A stretch of DNA of 64,000 nt, from the NCBI GenBank assembly GCA_951406725.2, contig OX597828.1, positions 46,004,001 through 46,068,000 on the forward strand. The letters are read 5' to 3'. Both the position numbers and the translations under genes were made by a program. Numbering within the stretch: position 1 is the stretch's first letter; each line of letters opens with the position of its first letter. Source of the DNA: Octopus vulgaris. Taxonomy: Eukaryota. The notes beneath the pieces are model-generated. The model searched no databases. It was not told the DNA's origin and was given only the letters and a program-made list of their open reading frames with translations. Positions 13,863 through 30,155 of this stretch are shown here, piece after piece.

Positions 13863-14880
13863 ATCCAGTTTAACGCATTGAAATTGTAAATAACAACCGG
13901 AACTGGTAAGGAATTTATAGCTAACACCTTATTACATGCATTTAACTCGGATTTCGAGACTGCTCGAATTCTCCTGTAACATGCTTTCCTGATCTTCTCT
14001 TTCATATTTGCATGGTAAATGCCAGAGCCTTCGTTTATTCCGAGGTATTTAAGTAGGTTTCTTCCTGCTCCAGTTCATTTATGACTGTGTCAACATCCAA
14101 CACCACTAGATGTGAGGTCTTTAGTTTCACTTTCTGGCACATTTATCAAGACTAAATTCCATCCCGATGTCATCAGTGAATGCTTTCACAGTATGTAGCA
14201 GTCCTTCCAGGTCGTTATCGTCTTTGCCATAGAGTTTTAAATCATTCATATAAAATAGATGAATTATTTTCTTGTCGCCAATTTTATATCCAAACTCTGT
14301 TCTGGTAAGTTCAGGGCTACTGGCAGAGAGTGAAGGGTTTATCTTGTCTGCCCAAGATCAGAGCTTATTGATTCGGAACTATCAAGCCAGTGTGATGAAA
14401 AATGGTGTAGACCCAAAGTGCCGACACTGCAATGATGGGATAGAAACCCCTGGATGTAAGGTTTTATTATCTCTAGAGTATGAATCAAGACATAACAAAG
14501 TTGGCCAATATCTACACTGGATAATATATTCGCATTATAAAATCAAAGCTGCTGACAAATGGTACAAGCACCACTCTGTTGTGAAAGACCAAACAATAAA
14601 GTCTGTTTATTGATTGACATGAGCATACCCTGAGACCTTAATACTTCGGCAAAAGAATTTGATAAGCTCAGAAAATATAATGATTTCATGAAAATCGAAA
14701 ATATTTGGCATCACAAGACGGTTGTAATACCAGTGATTATAGAATCACTTGGAATTATCAAAAAAGGTACTGAAAATTATTTAAGAATAACCCCTGTCGT
14801 ACCATCCACACAGGAAGTGCAAAAGACTGTTTTAACCGGTACATCACCCGTATTGAGAAGAGCATTGCCACTGTGAATGT
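13863..14880. mobile_element. R4/Dong-like element with inverted 5' segment
   Basis: 13863-14306 on the minus strand encodes RT HLFYMNDLKLY...YLGI. 14307-14876 on the plus strand encodes SGL.AESEGFILSAQDQ through the RLE C-terminus. Confidence 0.85.
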
Positions 14881-15303
14881 TCTTTCCATTTTTCCCCTTT
14901 ATATTCTTTGTTTACATTTTTTATTCTATATTTTTATTTGTTCTCTCTCTTTCTTCCCCTCTTTCTCAATCACATGACCTTGTAAATAGACAATTTGGTG
15001 AGTTTAATTTAATGGCCTATCAACGTATCTGAATATACTAGAAATAAATATGTATGCTGTAACTGACAGTGCACTAACGTGCATTGTCTGTGAATGTGCG
15101 TGTGATTGTCTATTAGTGTGTGTTTGCGCGTGCGTGCGAGCGTGTGTGCATGAGCGTGTGCGGGTGAGTGTGTGCATGTGCGTGTGAGTGTGAGACTATA
15201 TGTTATACATCTTTGAATATTACTAAATAATTCCCCAAACAGTTACAATGACATTATTTCTGTATTCAACTGTATTCAGATTTTGAATACCTTTATTTCC
15301 AGA

Positions 15304-15401
<98 letters not shown>

Positions 15402-15534
15402 AAAAATACGAACTGGGACAAGAACGCAAAACATTTAGAAGACGAGTGTGTGTGTGTGTGTTTATGTAACTATGCATGTATGTGTGTATACTTGTGTATA
15501 TATATACTCATATACATATGTATATATGCATGCG

Positions 15535-15572
<38 letters not shown>

Positions 15573-15922
15573 TAAATTATATAAGTGTGTGTGTATATAT
15601 ATACATGTATATATATGCTACATATGTATGTATATGTGTGTGTATCTGCATGTAGGCATGTATTCATGCATGTATGTATGTCTGTACGTATATAAGCATG
15701 CATACATGTATATTACCGTCTTTAGGGAAGGATAACTGATTCAAAGGCGTTTCATTTCTTTTGTCGTTAACAAAAAACAATGACAGATCGAATTACTTTG
15801 ATCTATGATTCTGTGTGGTTTGGTAAAGCCCACACTATTAGCACATTTTGATTCTCTATAACCTTCTCTTTCTTCTTCTTCTTCTTCTTCTTCTTCTTCT
15901 TCTTCTTCTTCTTCTTCTTCTT

Positions 15923-16005
<83 letters not shown>

Positions 16006-16012
<7 letters not shown>

Positions 16013-16624
16013 TATTATTATTTTTATAGCGTGCTTTCACTTCACTACCGAGCGCAGCTCTGTGTGCCTTGGGTATGTGCTGTGATTTGTTGTGATGCTC
16101 TGATGATTATTGTATGGAAAGTGTTCTGCGTAGGATGTGTGCAGTGCCTAGTAGTGCAATTTTCTGTATGTTATATGTGTTTGTAAGTCCTGGTGTTTTT
16201 GTTATGTATTTGTCTGAATATTTTTTTATCATGCCTAATGCACCTACTATGATAGGAATTGTTTCTGTTTTCAGATTCCACATTCTAGTTACCTCTATTT
16301 CCAGGTCTTTGTATTTTGAGAGTTTCTCCATTTCTTTTAGAGACACGTTGTCATCTGCCGGTACTGATACATCAATTAGAAAGCATTTTTTTTCTTCATG
16401 GTCTCTGACAACTATATCTGGTCTGTTGGCCTTAATTTTTCTATCTGTATGTATCGGCATATCCCAGAGTATGGTTGCTTTCTCGTTTTCTGTGACCTTT
16501 TCTGGTGTGTGCCTATACCATCTTTTTTCTATTGTTATTCCATAATGTTGGCATAGCTTCCAATGTATGTAAGTTCCAACTCTGTCATGTCTGTGAATAT
16601 ATTCCTTCTTAGCCAGGACTGGGC

Positions 16625-16625
<1 letters not shown>
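16006..16625 (-). mobile_element. R4/Dong-like RLE retrotransposon, 5'-truncated (subfamily 1)
   Basis: RHD, WDMPIHTDRKIKANRPDIVV...KYKDL...VGALG; TAA arrays at both ends. Confidence 0.95.
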
Positions 16626-16686
<61 letters not shown>

Positions 16687-16695
16687 GTTGTTGTT

Positions 16696-17625
16696 GTGAA
16701 AGGATAGACCAGCGCATGCCATCAAGTGACACTGTAGTACAAACATACGAAACACACTATACCCATCGTAACTACTCGTTTGATAAGGGTAGACCAGCCA
16801 CATGCATTATAACCATATATGAGCGACATGATGACGTCATATCAAGATAAATAGTGGATGACGTTGCAGGAGAGGTTTCAGTTAGAATTTTCTTGAAGTC
16901 GGGTAGCCCATCATGCTCAAAAGTTCCCTGGATAATGATTGTTTAAGAATGATGAACGAAAACCCCTTGTTTCCAGAGGTGAATTATTCAAACTCTACAT
17001 AATTCCTCTCAATACATGGCTATGATTTGTCCCTAACATATGTCGTACAAGCACATATCGTCAACCAAAAAGGGATATGCTCAACTGTTTAAGGTTAAGA
17101 ATCTGACGAGCAAATCAGTGGTGCTTAGCAGTATATTTACTGTAGCCCATTTCTTACACCGAGACAAAACCTTTATATGATAACAGTTAAGATCAAGGAG
17201 TGGCTGTGTGGTAAGTAGCTTGCTTACCAACCACATGGTTCCGGGTTCAGTCCAACTGCGTGGCATCTTGGGCAAGTGTCTTCTACTATAGCCTCGGGCC
17301 GACCAAAGCCTTGAGAGTGGATTTGGTAGACGGAAACTGAAAGAAGCCTGTCGTATATGTGTATATATATGTATATATGTGTGTGCGTGTATGTTTGTGT
17401 TAGTCCCCCTAGCATTGCCTGACAACCGATGCTGGTGTGTTTATGTCCCCGTCACTTAGCGGTTCGGCAAAAGAGACCGATAGAATAAGTACTGGGCTTA
17501 CAAAGAATAAGTCCCGAGTTGCTCGATTAAAGGCGGTGCTCCAGCATGGCCGTAGTCAAATGACTGAAACAAGTAAAAGAGAGTAAGAGAGACATGATCC
17601 ACAACCTGGTACGGCGTCAGGGCAT
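16696..17625 (-). mobile_element. Non-autonomous TAA-array element (copy 2), interrupted by a SINE
   Basis: 16696-17195 plus 17591-17625 align to 19085-19641. Confidence 0.75.
17196..17590 (+). mobile_element. SINE family A
   Basis: Family consensus head, body and tail. Confidence 0.9.
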
Positions 17626-17932
17626 CTATTACAATCATACTTACAATCAATTTAATAAAACATAGCAACACAATATACAATAAATATTATTATCAATTAT
17701 TATTAAAAACAATAAAATTAGATAATTTATTTTATACTCAAATATAATTTAAATATACATCTCATTAAGCACTTATTATTTTTATGATATTTAAATAATA
17801 TTTACATATTAAACAAAACACTAAAAAAGGAATTAATATATATATACCCTGAGTTTTCCTCCTTTAAGGGTCCGTAAAGTAAGTTCCAGTCGAACATTGG
17901 TGTCAATGTAATCGATGTACGACCAGCAACAA

Positions 17933-17980
<48 letters not shown>

Positions 17981-18038
17981 TAGTTACAATAATAATAATA
18001 ATAATAACAATATCAATAATAAAAATAATAATAACAAT

Positions 18039-18082
<44 letters not shown>

Positions 18083-18119
18083 TAATAATAATAATAATTA
18101 TGATGATAATGATGATGAT

Positions 18120-19010
18120 AATTGGGTATGTGCTGTTGTTTTTTGTGATGCTCTTATTTTTACTGTATTGAAAGTGTTTTACGTAGTATGCGTGCGGTGC
18201 CTAGTAGTGCTATTTATGTATATTATATATACTTGTTAGTCTTGGTGTTTTTGCTATGTATTTGTCTAAATATATTTTTTTATCATACCTAATGCACTTA
18301 CAATGATAGAAATTCTTTCTGATTTTAAACTTCCCTTTCGAGTTACCTCTATTGCCAGATCTTTGTATTTTGAAAGATCTTCCGTTTCTTCTAGAGAAAT
18401 ATTGTCCTCTATTGGTATTGATACACCAATAAAAAAGATTTTTTCTTGGTGATCTCTGACAACTATATCTGGCTTATTGGCCTTAATTTCTCTATGTGTG
18501 TATTAGCATATCCCGGAGTATTGTTGCTTTCTCATTTTCTGTGACCTTTTCTGATTTGAGCCTATCTTTTTTTCTGTTGCTATTCCATAATGTTAGCATA
18601 GCTTCCAGTGTATATAGGTCCCAACTCTGTCGTTTCTGCGAATATATTCCTTCTTAGTCAGAGCTGGGCAGCCAGAGACAGTATGATTTATTGTTTCTTC
18701 TCTATCTTAACATATTCTGTAGTAACTTGTATTTCATTTCATTACATATTTTTGGTAACTTCTGGTGGGAAGGCTTTGAGTTTGTGCTGCAATTAAAAAT
18801 CCCTCAGTCTCTGCTTTGAGTTCTGAGCTTCTCAACTATTGTTTTGCTTAGTCTATTTCTTTACTGTTTAGTATTACCCAATATTTGCAATGAAGAGGCT
18901 TTTCTTACCATTGTTTTATCATGATCTGTTACTGCTTCAGGTATAATTTGGATTTCAGTTGTTTTACAACTTTTGTTGTTTCTTCTTTTTCTTCATAGTT
19001 GTTAGGTGAT
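18120..19010 (-). mobile_element. Older degraded R4/Dong-like copy (subfamily 1-related)
   Basis: Diverged match to 16006-16625, extending further 5'; stops and frameshifts. Confidence 0.8.
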
Positions 19011-19030
19011 GACATTAATATTACTAATAC

Positions 19031-19084
<54 letters not shown>

Positions 19085-19085
<1 letters not shown>

Positions 19086-19641
19086 GAGTGAGAGAGTAGT
19101 GCATGCCATGAAAGTGACACTGGGGTAAAATATATGAAGCCCAGTATACCCATCATGACTACCCGTCTGATAAGGGTACACTAGGCACATACATCACAAT
19201 CATATGTGCGCGACATGGTGATCTCATATCAAGATAAACATCACATGACCTTGCAGATAGGGCCCACTTAGAATTTTCTTCTGGTTGGGTAGCGCATCCC
19301 ACTCAAAAAGTCCATGAATAAGGATTGTTTAAGGAAGTTGAATGAAACACCCATGTTTCCAAATTTGAATTATCCAAACCCCAAAGAATTCCTCTCAACA
19401 CTTGGCTGTGATGCTCCCCCACTATTTCTGCTCATGATCAGAGATGCACATATCGTCAGCCACTAAGGGAGATGCTCCACTGGTTAAGGTCAAACAACTG
19501 ACAAGCAAATCTGTGGTATTGAGCAGAATATTTGCTGTTAGTCCATCTTTTATACCAGGACAAAACAATGTACATGATAACACTTCCAATCAGTTAAGAT
19601 CAGAAGCTACGAGGGCCACTGCCTTGTACTGCATCAGGGCA
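19085..19641 (-). mobile_element. Non-autonomous TAA-array element (copy 3)
   Basis: Precisely bounded by (TAT)n on both sides; homologous to copies 1 and 2. Confidence 0.85.
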
Positions 19642-19665
19642 TTATTATTATTATTATTATTATTA

Positions 19666-20878
19666 CTTTTTTTTCTTCTTCTTTCAAATTTGCTTCCATT
19701 TCTTGCCGAGTGTCTTCCCGACTCCTAGGGCAAAGAAACTCATAGTATACATTGGTAGGCCATTAAACCAAACTCAATAGTTCGTTCATTTTTTTTTTTT
19801 TTAAGTTAAATTAAAATACATGAGCAGCAACAATTCTCACATCGACAATGCTCTTCTCAATACATGTGATGTACCAGTTAAGACAATCTTTTGCACTTCT
19901 TGCAGGGATGGTAAGCCAGGGATCATTCTCATATAATTTTCGGTTCCCTTCTTGATCATTCCTAGTGCTCCTACGATCACTGGTATTGTAACCGCCTTGA
20001 GATGCCACATTTTCTCAATTTCAATGAGTAGGTCTTTATATTTTCTGAGCTTGTCAAACTCTTTCGCTGAGATATTATGATCACAGGGGATGCTCATGTC
20101 GATCAATAAGCAAACTTTATTCTTTTGGTCTTTCACAACAATATCTGGTTTATTGGCCTTGATGGTTCGGTCTGTATGTACTGGAAAGTCCCACAGAATG
20201 GATACATTTTCTCCTTCAGTTACAGCCTCAGGGTGGTGATTATACCACTTGTCGGCAGTTTTGATATTGTAATGCCGACTTATTAGCCAGTGTAGATATT
20301 GGCCAACTCTGTCATGTCTTAATTTATACTCCACTGGTGCTAAGACTTTACATCCAGAGATTAGATGGTCCACTGTTTCAATCATGTCGTTGCAGAATCG
20401 GCATTTTGGGTCTGCTCCATTTGTCATCACATTGGCCTGGTAGTTCCGGGTTAATAGGCTTTGATCTTGAGCAGCCAGGATGAAACCTTCGCTCTCTGCT
20501 TTTAGCACTGAGCTCCGTAGCCACTGGTGGGTTTGCTTCTGGTTAACATCAGCTTGTTTGCTGCGGGTCACATATTTGCCGTGCAGAGGTTTCTCCTCCC
20601 ACCTATCAGCCAATTGCTCGTGCGCTTTTTTCGTTGACATCATTTTCACCTTCTTTGCAACAATAGTTGCCGTACTTCCCTCGGGTTGTTCAGTTTGGGT
20701 ATCCTGCACGAGATCAATAGCAAATTTTTTGCTTTCCTTTATGATAGAATGAAGCTTATTTCGCCTCTCGTGATTTTCCACGAGCTTTAGCATCCAGTCA
20801 TTCGATATTTCGAGATATTTGGCCAGTCCAATTGTGGTTGTTTTGTAAGCTAGTTCAAATTGGATCAGGCCTCGACCT
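19666..20878 (-). mobile_element. R4/Dong-like RLE retrotransposon, 5'-truncated (subfamily 3)
   Basis: 318-aa ORF 19837-20793: KPLHGKY, AAQDQ, CRFC..ETVDH..C, RHD, KPD..D..KY. 3' UTR ends at (TAA)n. Confidence 0.95.
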
Positions 20879-23339
<2,461 letters not shown>

Positions 23340-23340
<1 letters not shown>

Positions 23341-24030
23341 ATAACCTTATTCTCATTGCGTAGATTGTTTTCACAACCAGAACGCCACGGAAGGCTTTGA
23401 GCAAGTGCAACGTGTCTTGTTTTCTATGATATTTGAAAGTACTTCGCTTAAAATGTGTGCAATTCCCTGAAGTACTTGATTGTATATGATGTGTATATTT
23501 GTATGAACTGGTGTTTTGATTATGTATTTTTATTTGTGTATGTATTTATTTATCGCACTTTTTTTTTAATCACTCCCAAAGCACCTATTAATATAATATA
23601 GTGTTTCTGCTTTCAGGCCCCACAATCTGGATTTCTTAAGTTCTAGGCTTCTAAATTTCTCAATTTCTAGGTTAATATATATTTCGATAATTTTTCCATT
23701 TGCTTTGGTCGACATGAACTATCGTCTGTCGAGATTCAATCCTTTGATAAGGAAGTACTTTCGTTTCTGGTGGTCCTTAACTGGAAAATTCTATCAATCG
23801 ACTTTTTTTCTTCCTGTCTGTTTGAAATAACCTAAATCAAACTATGTATAATTCTGTTCTGTGTATATTTCTGTGTATATCTATGCCATATATTTTCTGT
23901 GAATGTTCATGCTGCTAACATGACGTCCAGTTCATGAAGACCCCAATATTCTCTTAACTGTAGCTGTATTCTTTCTTTGCCATAACTAGGTTATGTAATT
24001 AATTCTTTTCCTCAAAGTTCACAAATTCTG
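23340..24030 (-). mobile_element. Highly degraded R4/Dong-like 3' fragment
   Basis: Residual IIIGALG and RLE-like translation, with the 3' end at the TAA array. Confidence 0.5.
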
Positions 24031-24042
24031 CAGCATTTAATA

Positions 24043-24891
24043 TACGAAGCAGTATCCCTGACTAGTTAAGTTTAATAAGAAAAAAATAACTTATTTACCT
24101 AAGTTTCAACATCTTCTTCAACATGGTCACCCCTGCAATATTACACCGGTTCCAGCGTTCCTGCCACTTTTCTAATACGACCTGGAAGTTGTTTTCCGTA
24201 AGCGGGTCGAGAACCTTCTGCGATTTGCTCTTGATTTCGACAACGGTGACCTTTGAGTTACATTTTAGTATTTGGGAAGTGACGGAAGTTCACATGGGCT
24301 AAATCTGGCGAATAGGGCGGGTGCAGAAGCGAGTGAGGATAGCTCGGTGAAGAATCCAATAATTCGCCTTTCACATACATATCCGGTCAGGTTCATGGAA
24401 TGTCCTCCCTCAAACGTGTCAAAACGTCGCAGCAGAACTCTCTTCTGACGGTCTGGCCCCGGGGGACGATTTCTCGATCCACAATAACACATTTCTAGAG
24501 TTAACTCTCGCGAAAGGTTTTCCGGATCATTCATCGTCTTCCAGGAACGTTCTTGCGCTTTTGAAGCGTCCGTGCCACTCGAAACATTACGTACGACGCA
24601 TTGCCGTAAGCTTGTCAAAGAATGCTCAATGTCTCTCTAGCAGACTTCCTAATATTTAACGCATAATTTTCCGCTGTCTCTTTGTTCCTGTCCTTGATTA
24701 AAACTCGCAGACTTCAGCATACCCGTTATTACAAAAACAAATTTCAAAACTTGCTAAGTAAAAACTGCGATGGTATTCGGTACACTGCCTCAAGAAGGTC
24801 ACTACTAGATCTCACTGCGCACGCAACCATGTGCTGCCATCTGTTAGTGCGCTACAGACCTAGTCCGGAAACGTTTTGATACCACCTCGTA
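24043..24891 (-). mobile_element. Mariner DNA transposon, internally deleted
   Basis: TIR TACGAGGTGGTATC...CCGGACTAG on the right and degenerate TACGAAGCAGTATC..CCTGACTAG on the left. Transposase remnants CFEWH.RFK and KWQERWNRC...GD.VE. Confidence 0.8.
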
Positions 24892-24920
24892 TTCTGTTTC
24901 ATTACATGCTTCAGTTGGAT

Positions 24921-25312
24921 GGAGTGGCTGAGTGGTAAGTAGCTTGCTTACCGACCACATGGTTCCGGGTTCAGTCCCACTGCATGGCATCTTGGGCAAG
25001 TGTCTTCTACTATAGCCTCGGGCCGACCAATGCCTTGTGAGTGGATTTGGTAGACGGAAACTGAAAGAAGTCCGTCGTATATATGTATGTATATATATAT
25101 GTGTGTTTGTGTGTATGTTTGTCCCCCTAGCATTGCTTGACAACCGATGATGGTGTGTTTACGTCCCCGTCACTTAGCGGTTCGGCAAAATAGACCGATA
25201 GAATAAGTACTGGACTTACAAAGAATAAGTTCTGGGATCGATTTGCTCGACTAAAGGCGGTGCTCCAGCATGGCCGCAGTCAAATGCCTGAAACAAGTAA
25301 AAGAGTAAAGAG
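24921..25312 (+). mobile_element. SINE family A
   Basis: Family consensus. Confidence 0.9.
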
Positions 25313-26539
25313 AGAATGCAGAGCTGCAATCAAGCATCCTTTCTCAGCATTGAGCTCTACGCCAACGTACAAATCCTATCATATTCTTTTAGTATTTGGA
25401 CCCTTTTCGCACTCCCAGATACTCACCATGTAATGGTAACCCTTTTTATACATTTAGTTCGGAATTCTCGTTACCCATTCTTGGTTTAATTTGTAACATT
25501 TTCTCAATTCGTGTTGTCTCCTCACAAGTATTTGTACAATAATTTTAATTTTATTTTAGTTTAGTCTAGGAAAACAGAACGTTGTTTGTTCACGTATACA
25601 ATTATTTGTATTAGGTTTCCATTATTGGTCTAAAGCTAATATCCTTCTCTGAATATTGTATAGTCGCTTGCTAATTACATATGTTCTCCATCTCTGCATA
25701 ATAGCGCTAAATATGATTATTATGAATCAGATTTTCGGATGGTGAAAGCTTCGTAATCAAGGCTTGCTAATTCGTTTATCGCCCCGTGGAGAATATTACC
25801 CTTACGAATTAACAGAAAGACAGCCAGGATATTGATGTATTACGTTAATTTTCATTTATCTCTTTCAAATCAGTGGTTCACGTACAGGGTCCATATGTTC
25901 CTTAGAAGTCAACATAAGATTTTGTTGGTAAAATTTACTTGCAATAAAATCAGTTATACTTCTACAATACAGAAAATATAATAAGAAATTGTTAATCCAA
26001 TTCCCAATAACATTTATGAAAATATAACAGGGTTTTTTAAACATCAAATGGCAATGGGAACAAGGGTTGAGAAAAGTAAGATAGGAACGAAAGTTCTCCA
26101 TTAAAGTAACCCTTTTCTTTGATATGAGTGTTGTACCCTTTCAAGTTCATTGGTTTCGAAGTACTTGAAAGCCGTTATTTAGTGCAAGGTACTTAAGTCT
26201 GTTTCTCTTCATAATATTAGACTAATCGTCCCAGATAATTTTCCTCTTTTTCGGGTTGACTCGTATTTTATCTAATAAGAATATCGTAAATTTTTTAAGT
26301 AAATTCTTTTGATATCTACATTAGAACTTTTTAAAGTGGTTGGAACCTGCTCCCGCCACCATTGGCGCTGGAACATTTTAATTGGACGCCATAGATGAAA
26401 GGGGACGAAAGTGGTTGATAGATGGCTATTTGCGGAGCTTAAAGTCATTAAGTTGTTTCCAAAGATAGCTTTCAAATTTTGGCACAAGACCAGCAATTTC
26501 GCCGAGTACCGCCTTGAATATTTTTAGTCCAACGAATCG

Positions 26540-26900
26540 ACTTCAGTACTTATTTATTTTATACGATCTAGTACATATTCTTTCGGTTCTCTTTTACCGA
26601 GGCACTAAGTTACGTGGATGTCAACACACCAACACCGATTGTCAAGCGGTGGTGAAGAACAAACACACACATACACCCATATACATAGACACTCGCAGAA
26701 ACACACATACACACACACACAACAAAAACCCCCCCCACACACACACACACATATATATATATGTATATGCTACGGGCTTCTTTCAGTTCCCGTCTACCAA
26801 ATCCACCCAAAAGACTTTAGTCGGGCTGAGGCAATGGTAAAAGACACTTGCCCAAGATTCCACGCAGTGGGACTGAACCTGGAACTATGTGGTCGAGAAG
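26540..26900 (-). mobile_element. SINE family A, diverged
   Basis: Degenerate match to the family body. Confidence 0.75.
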
Positions 26901-27078
26901 AAAACTGTTAGATCATTAATATCTGGTAACCGTTGGCCAAAGGACTCTCAACTCAATGAAGATAGGTTAGAACTATCTTCATCATTAACTCAGTACAAAT
27001 TTTGCTCTCAGCCCTTCCCTTGATGAAGCGATCGCATGCCGAATGTAATTAGTCCTGTTACTATTAATGCTCAAAATA

Positions 27079-27460
27079 GGAGGCGCAATGGCCCAGTGGT
27101 TAGGGCAGCGGACTCGCGGTCATAGGATCGCGGTTTCGATTCCCAGACCGAGCGTTGTGAGTGTTTATTGAGCGAAAACACCTAAAGCTCCACGAGGCTC
27201 CGGCAGGGGATGGTGGTGATCCCTGCTGTACTCTTTCACCACAACTTTCTCTCACTCTTACTTCCTGTTTCTGTTGTACCTGTATTTCAAAGGGCCGGCC
27301 TTCTCACTCTCTGTGTCACGCTGAATATCCCCGAGAACTACGTTAAGAGTACACGTGTCTGTGGAGTGCTCAGCCACTTACACGTTAATTTCACGAGCAG
27401 GCTGTTCCGTTGATTCGGATCAACCGGAACCCTCATCGTCGTAACCGACGGAGTGCTTCC
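27079..27460 (+). mobile_element. SINE family B, full length
   Basis: tRNA-like head; 13-bp TSD AATGCT(C/T)AAAATA at 27066-27078 and 27463-27475. Confidence 0.92.
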
Positions 27461-28255
27461 CCAATGCTTAAAATAATGTTAGGTTTCTAAAATAATTATT
27501 GCTTACTGGATGTGTCGTGCTCAAAATTGAATCAGTTTACTGTTCGTAAATATGTACTTGTTTTCGTTTGAATGTATTTTTTTTTTATGTGGAGGCAGTT
27601 TGCGCATGCAAAAGTTGAAGCCAACATGCTACTTGTTTCGAATAGAAAAAAAGCATTCTTCGTAAATTTTATTTCATTTTTCTCATACGAGGAAAAATCA
27701 GGACAGGCAATTAAATATCTACCTTAAATCGTATTGTTTGGGATTCTCATTAACAAATTATTTTGACACTTAATTCAAGTTTCTTAATACTTACATTATT
27801 GAGAAATAATAGCGAAATACGCCATCGCATTTTCAGATACCAATAACTGATATTTTAATATATTTTAAGGAGCACGGATTTTGTTAAGCTTAAAATAATT
27901 TCTTTGATCTCTAATCAGTGAAAGGGATTGCTTGTTTTATTTTATGAATTATTAATATTGCCGATTGTATTGATAGCCTAGTTAAGAGTAAAAAGCGTGA
28001 AAAATGTTCCTATCAACTGATCTGCTTGGTTTGTTAACTATTAACTTATGGTTTTTAAGTGAGAATGTTTTGTCATGCTTTTCAGCTAGAATCCATAGAA
28101 AGTATTCAGTGTAGAACTGAGAAAGTTGCACATGAATGACAAATCCTAGAAGAAAGCGAATCAAAATGAAGATAAACACGTGAAAGAGAAATCCCCATAC
28201 AGAGAAACAGCAATACATATATTCATTAGTTCATCCATATATCCACCCTTCCAAA

Positions 28256-28625
28256 CACACATACATACATACATACATGCATGCATACATACATACATAC
28301 AAACATACATACATACATACATACATACATACATACATACATACATACATACATACATACATACATACATACATACGTACATACGCACATACATACATAC
28401 ATACTTACATACATACATACATATGCACATACATACATACGTACATATATACATACATGCATACATACATACAAACATACAAACATACATACGCACATAC
28501 ATACATACATACATACATACATACACACACACATACATACATACATACATACATACATACATACATACATACATACATACATACATACATACATACATAC
28601 ATACATGCATACATACATACATACA
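28256..28625. repeat. (TACA)n microsatellite
   Basis: Seen directly; a second array lies at 29492-29935. Confidence 0.95.
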
Positions 28626-29489
28626 TGTAAGATAAATATCAGTGAAAACGAGAATACCTACGCTGAACTATTGAGAAATCTGCAGTTACTCTATCCAGAT
28701 TACATGTTCAGGTTTATACTTGTAATTATTGGGGCACTGGGATATGTAACACACTGCCTAAATATCAATCTTGAGATATTAGGCTTCTCAAAACTAGAAA
28801 GGAGAAAGTTGATTCGAAGACTACTGATTCAATCCAGCGCTGGAACTGTAAAGATCTGTAATACGTTCCAGAAGGTTATCATTTAAGTATATATGAGCAT
28901 GTCTAGTGGAGGCGCAATGGCCTAGTGGTTAGGGCAGCGGACTCGCGGTCATAGGATCGCGGTTTCGATTCCCAGACCGGGCATTGTGAATGTTTATTGA
29001 GCGAAAACACCTAAAGCTCCACGAGGCTCCGGCAGGGGATGGTGGTGATCCCTGCTGTACTCTTTCACCACAACTTTCTCTCACTCTTACTTCCTGTTTC
29101 TGTTGTACCTGTATTTCAAAAGGCCGCCCTTGTCACTCTCTGTGTCACGCTGAATATCCCCGAGAACTACGTTAAGAGTACACGTGTCTGTGGAGAGCTC
29201 AGCCACTTACACGTTAATTTCACGAGCAGGCTCTTCCGTTGATTCGGATCAACCGGAACCCTCGTCGTCGTAACCGACGGAGTGCTTCAATGAGCATGTC
29301 TAGGTTGGCAAGTATATGCATGAGAAGGCATACGTAAAACAAAACATACAAATATGCACATATACATACATAAATACAAACAAAAATATCCAGTTGTTGA
29401 TGCTGAAATTCCAACGAAGAGGCGTTGGATCTAGGTTAGAAACCGGTTCTCTCTCTATTGGTAAGAAATCTTGAAATAAAATGAATAAT
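28626..29489 (+). mobile_element. RLE-type non-LTR retrotransposon 3' end inserted in (TACA)n
   Basis: ENTYAELLRNLQLLYPDY...VIIGALG...KICNTF C-terminus and a 3' UTR with AATAAA. TACA arrays on both sides; a SINE is nested in the UTR. Confidence 0.8.
28908..29288 (+). mobile_element. SINE family B, nested
   Basis: 14-bp TSD ATGAGCATGTCTAG at 28893-28906 and 29290-29303. Confidence 0.92.
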
Positions 29490-29937
29490 GCCATACAATC
29501 ACACATACATGCATACATACATACATACATACATACATACATGCATACACACACACACATACATACATACATACATACATACATACATACATACATACAT
29601 GCATACATACACACACGCATACATACATACATACACACACACACGAATACATACATACATACATACATACACGAATACATACATACATACATACATACAT
29701 ACATACATACATACATACATACATACATACACACGCATACATACATACATACATACACACACGAATACATACATATATACATACACACGCATACATACAT
29801 ACACACGCATATATACATACATACACACGCATACATACATACATACATACATACATGCATGCATACACACACGCATACATACATACATACACACGCATAC
29901 ACACATGCATACACACATACATACAATCATACATACA

Positions 29938-30155
29938 CTACTTCAAAGGCTCCAGATACTATATCCAGATTATAAATTCCCATTTATCCCAAGAACAATT
30001 CGTGTACTTAATTTTGTGAATAAAATCCTAAGTGAAAGTTTGGATAAGATTGAGCTTTCAGAAACAGAAATCAACCAACTGATTCGCATATTACAAATAT
30101 AATCTGAATGCGATACACTAAACATAAGCAAGACTTTTCTCAAATTTAAAATGTG
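29938..30155 (+). mobile_element. Second, diverged TACA-associated RLE 3' fragment
   Basis: LLQRLQILYPDYKFPFIP...ISKTFLKF, directly after (TACA)n. Confidence 0.7.

Noticed and set aside
27079-27150. tRNA-Arg gene
   Set aside because: tRNA-like head of a multicopy SINE with TSD and no proper acceptor stem.
27161-27413. Recurrent 61-67 aa ORFs (MVVIPAVL..., MFIERKHL...)
   Set aside because: Incidental frames within SINE family B copies.
28161-29975. MYVC/HTYI repeat ORFs
   Set aside because: Translations of (TACA)n arrays.
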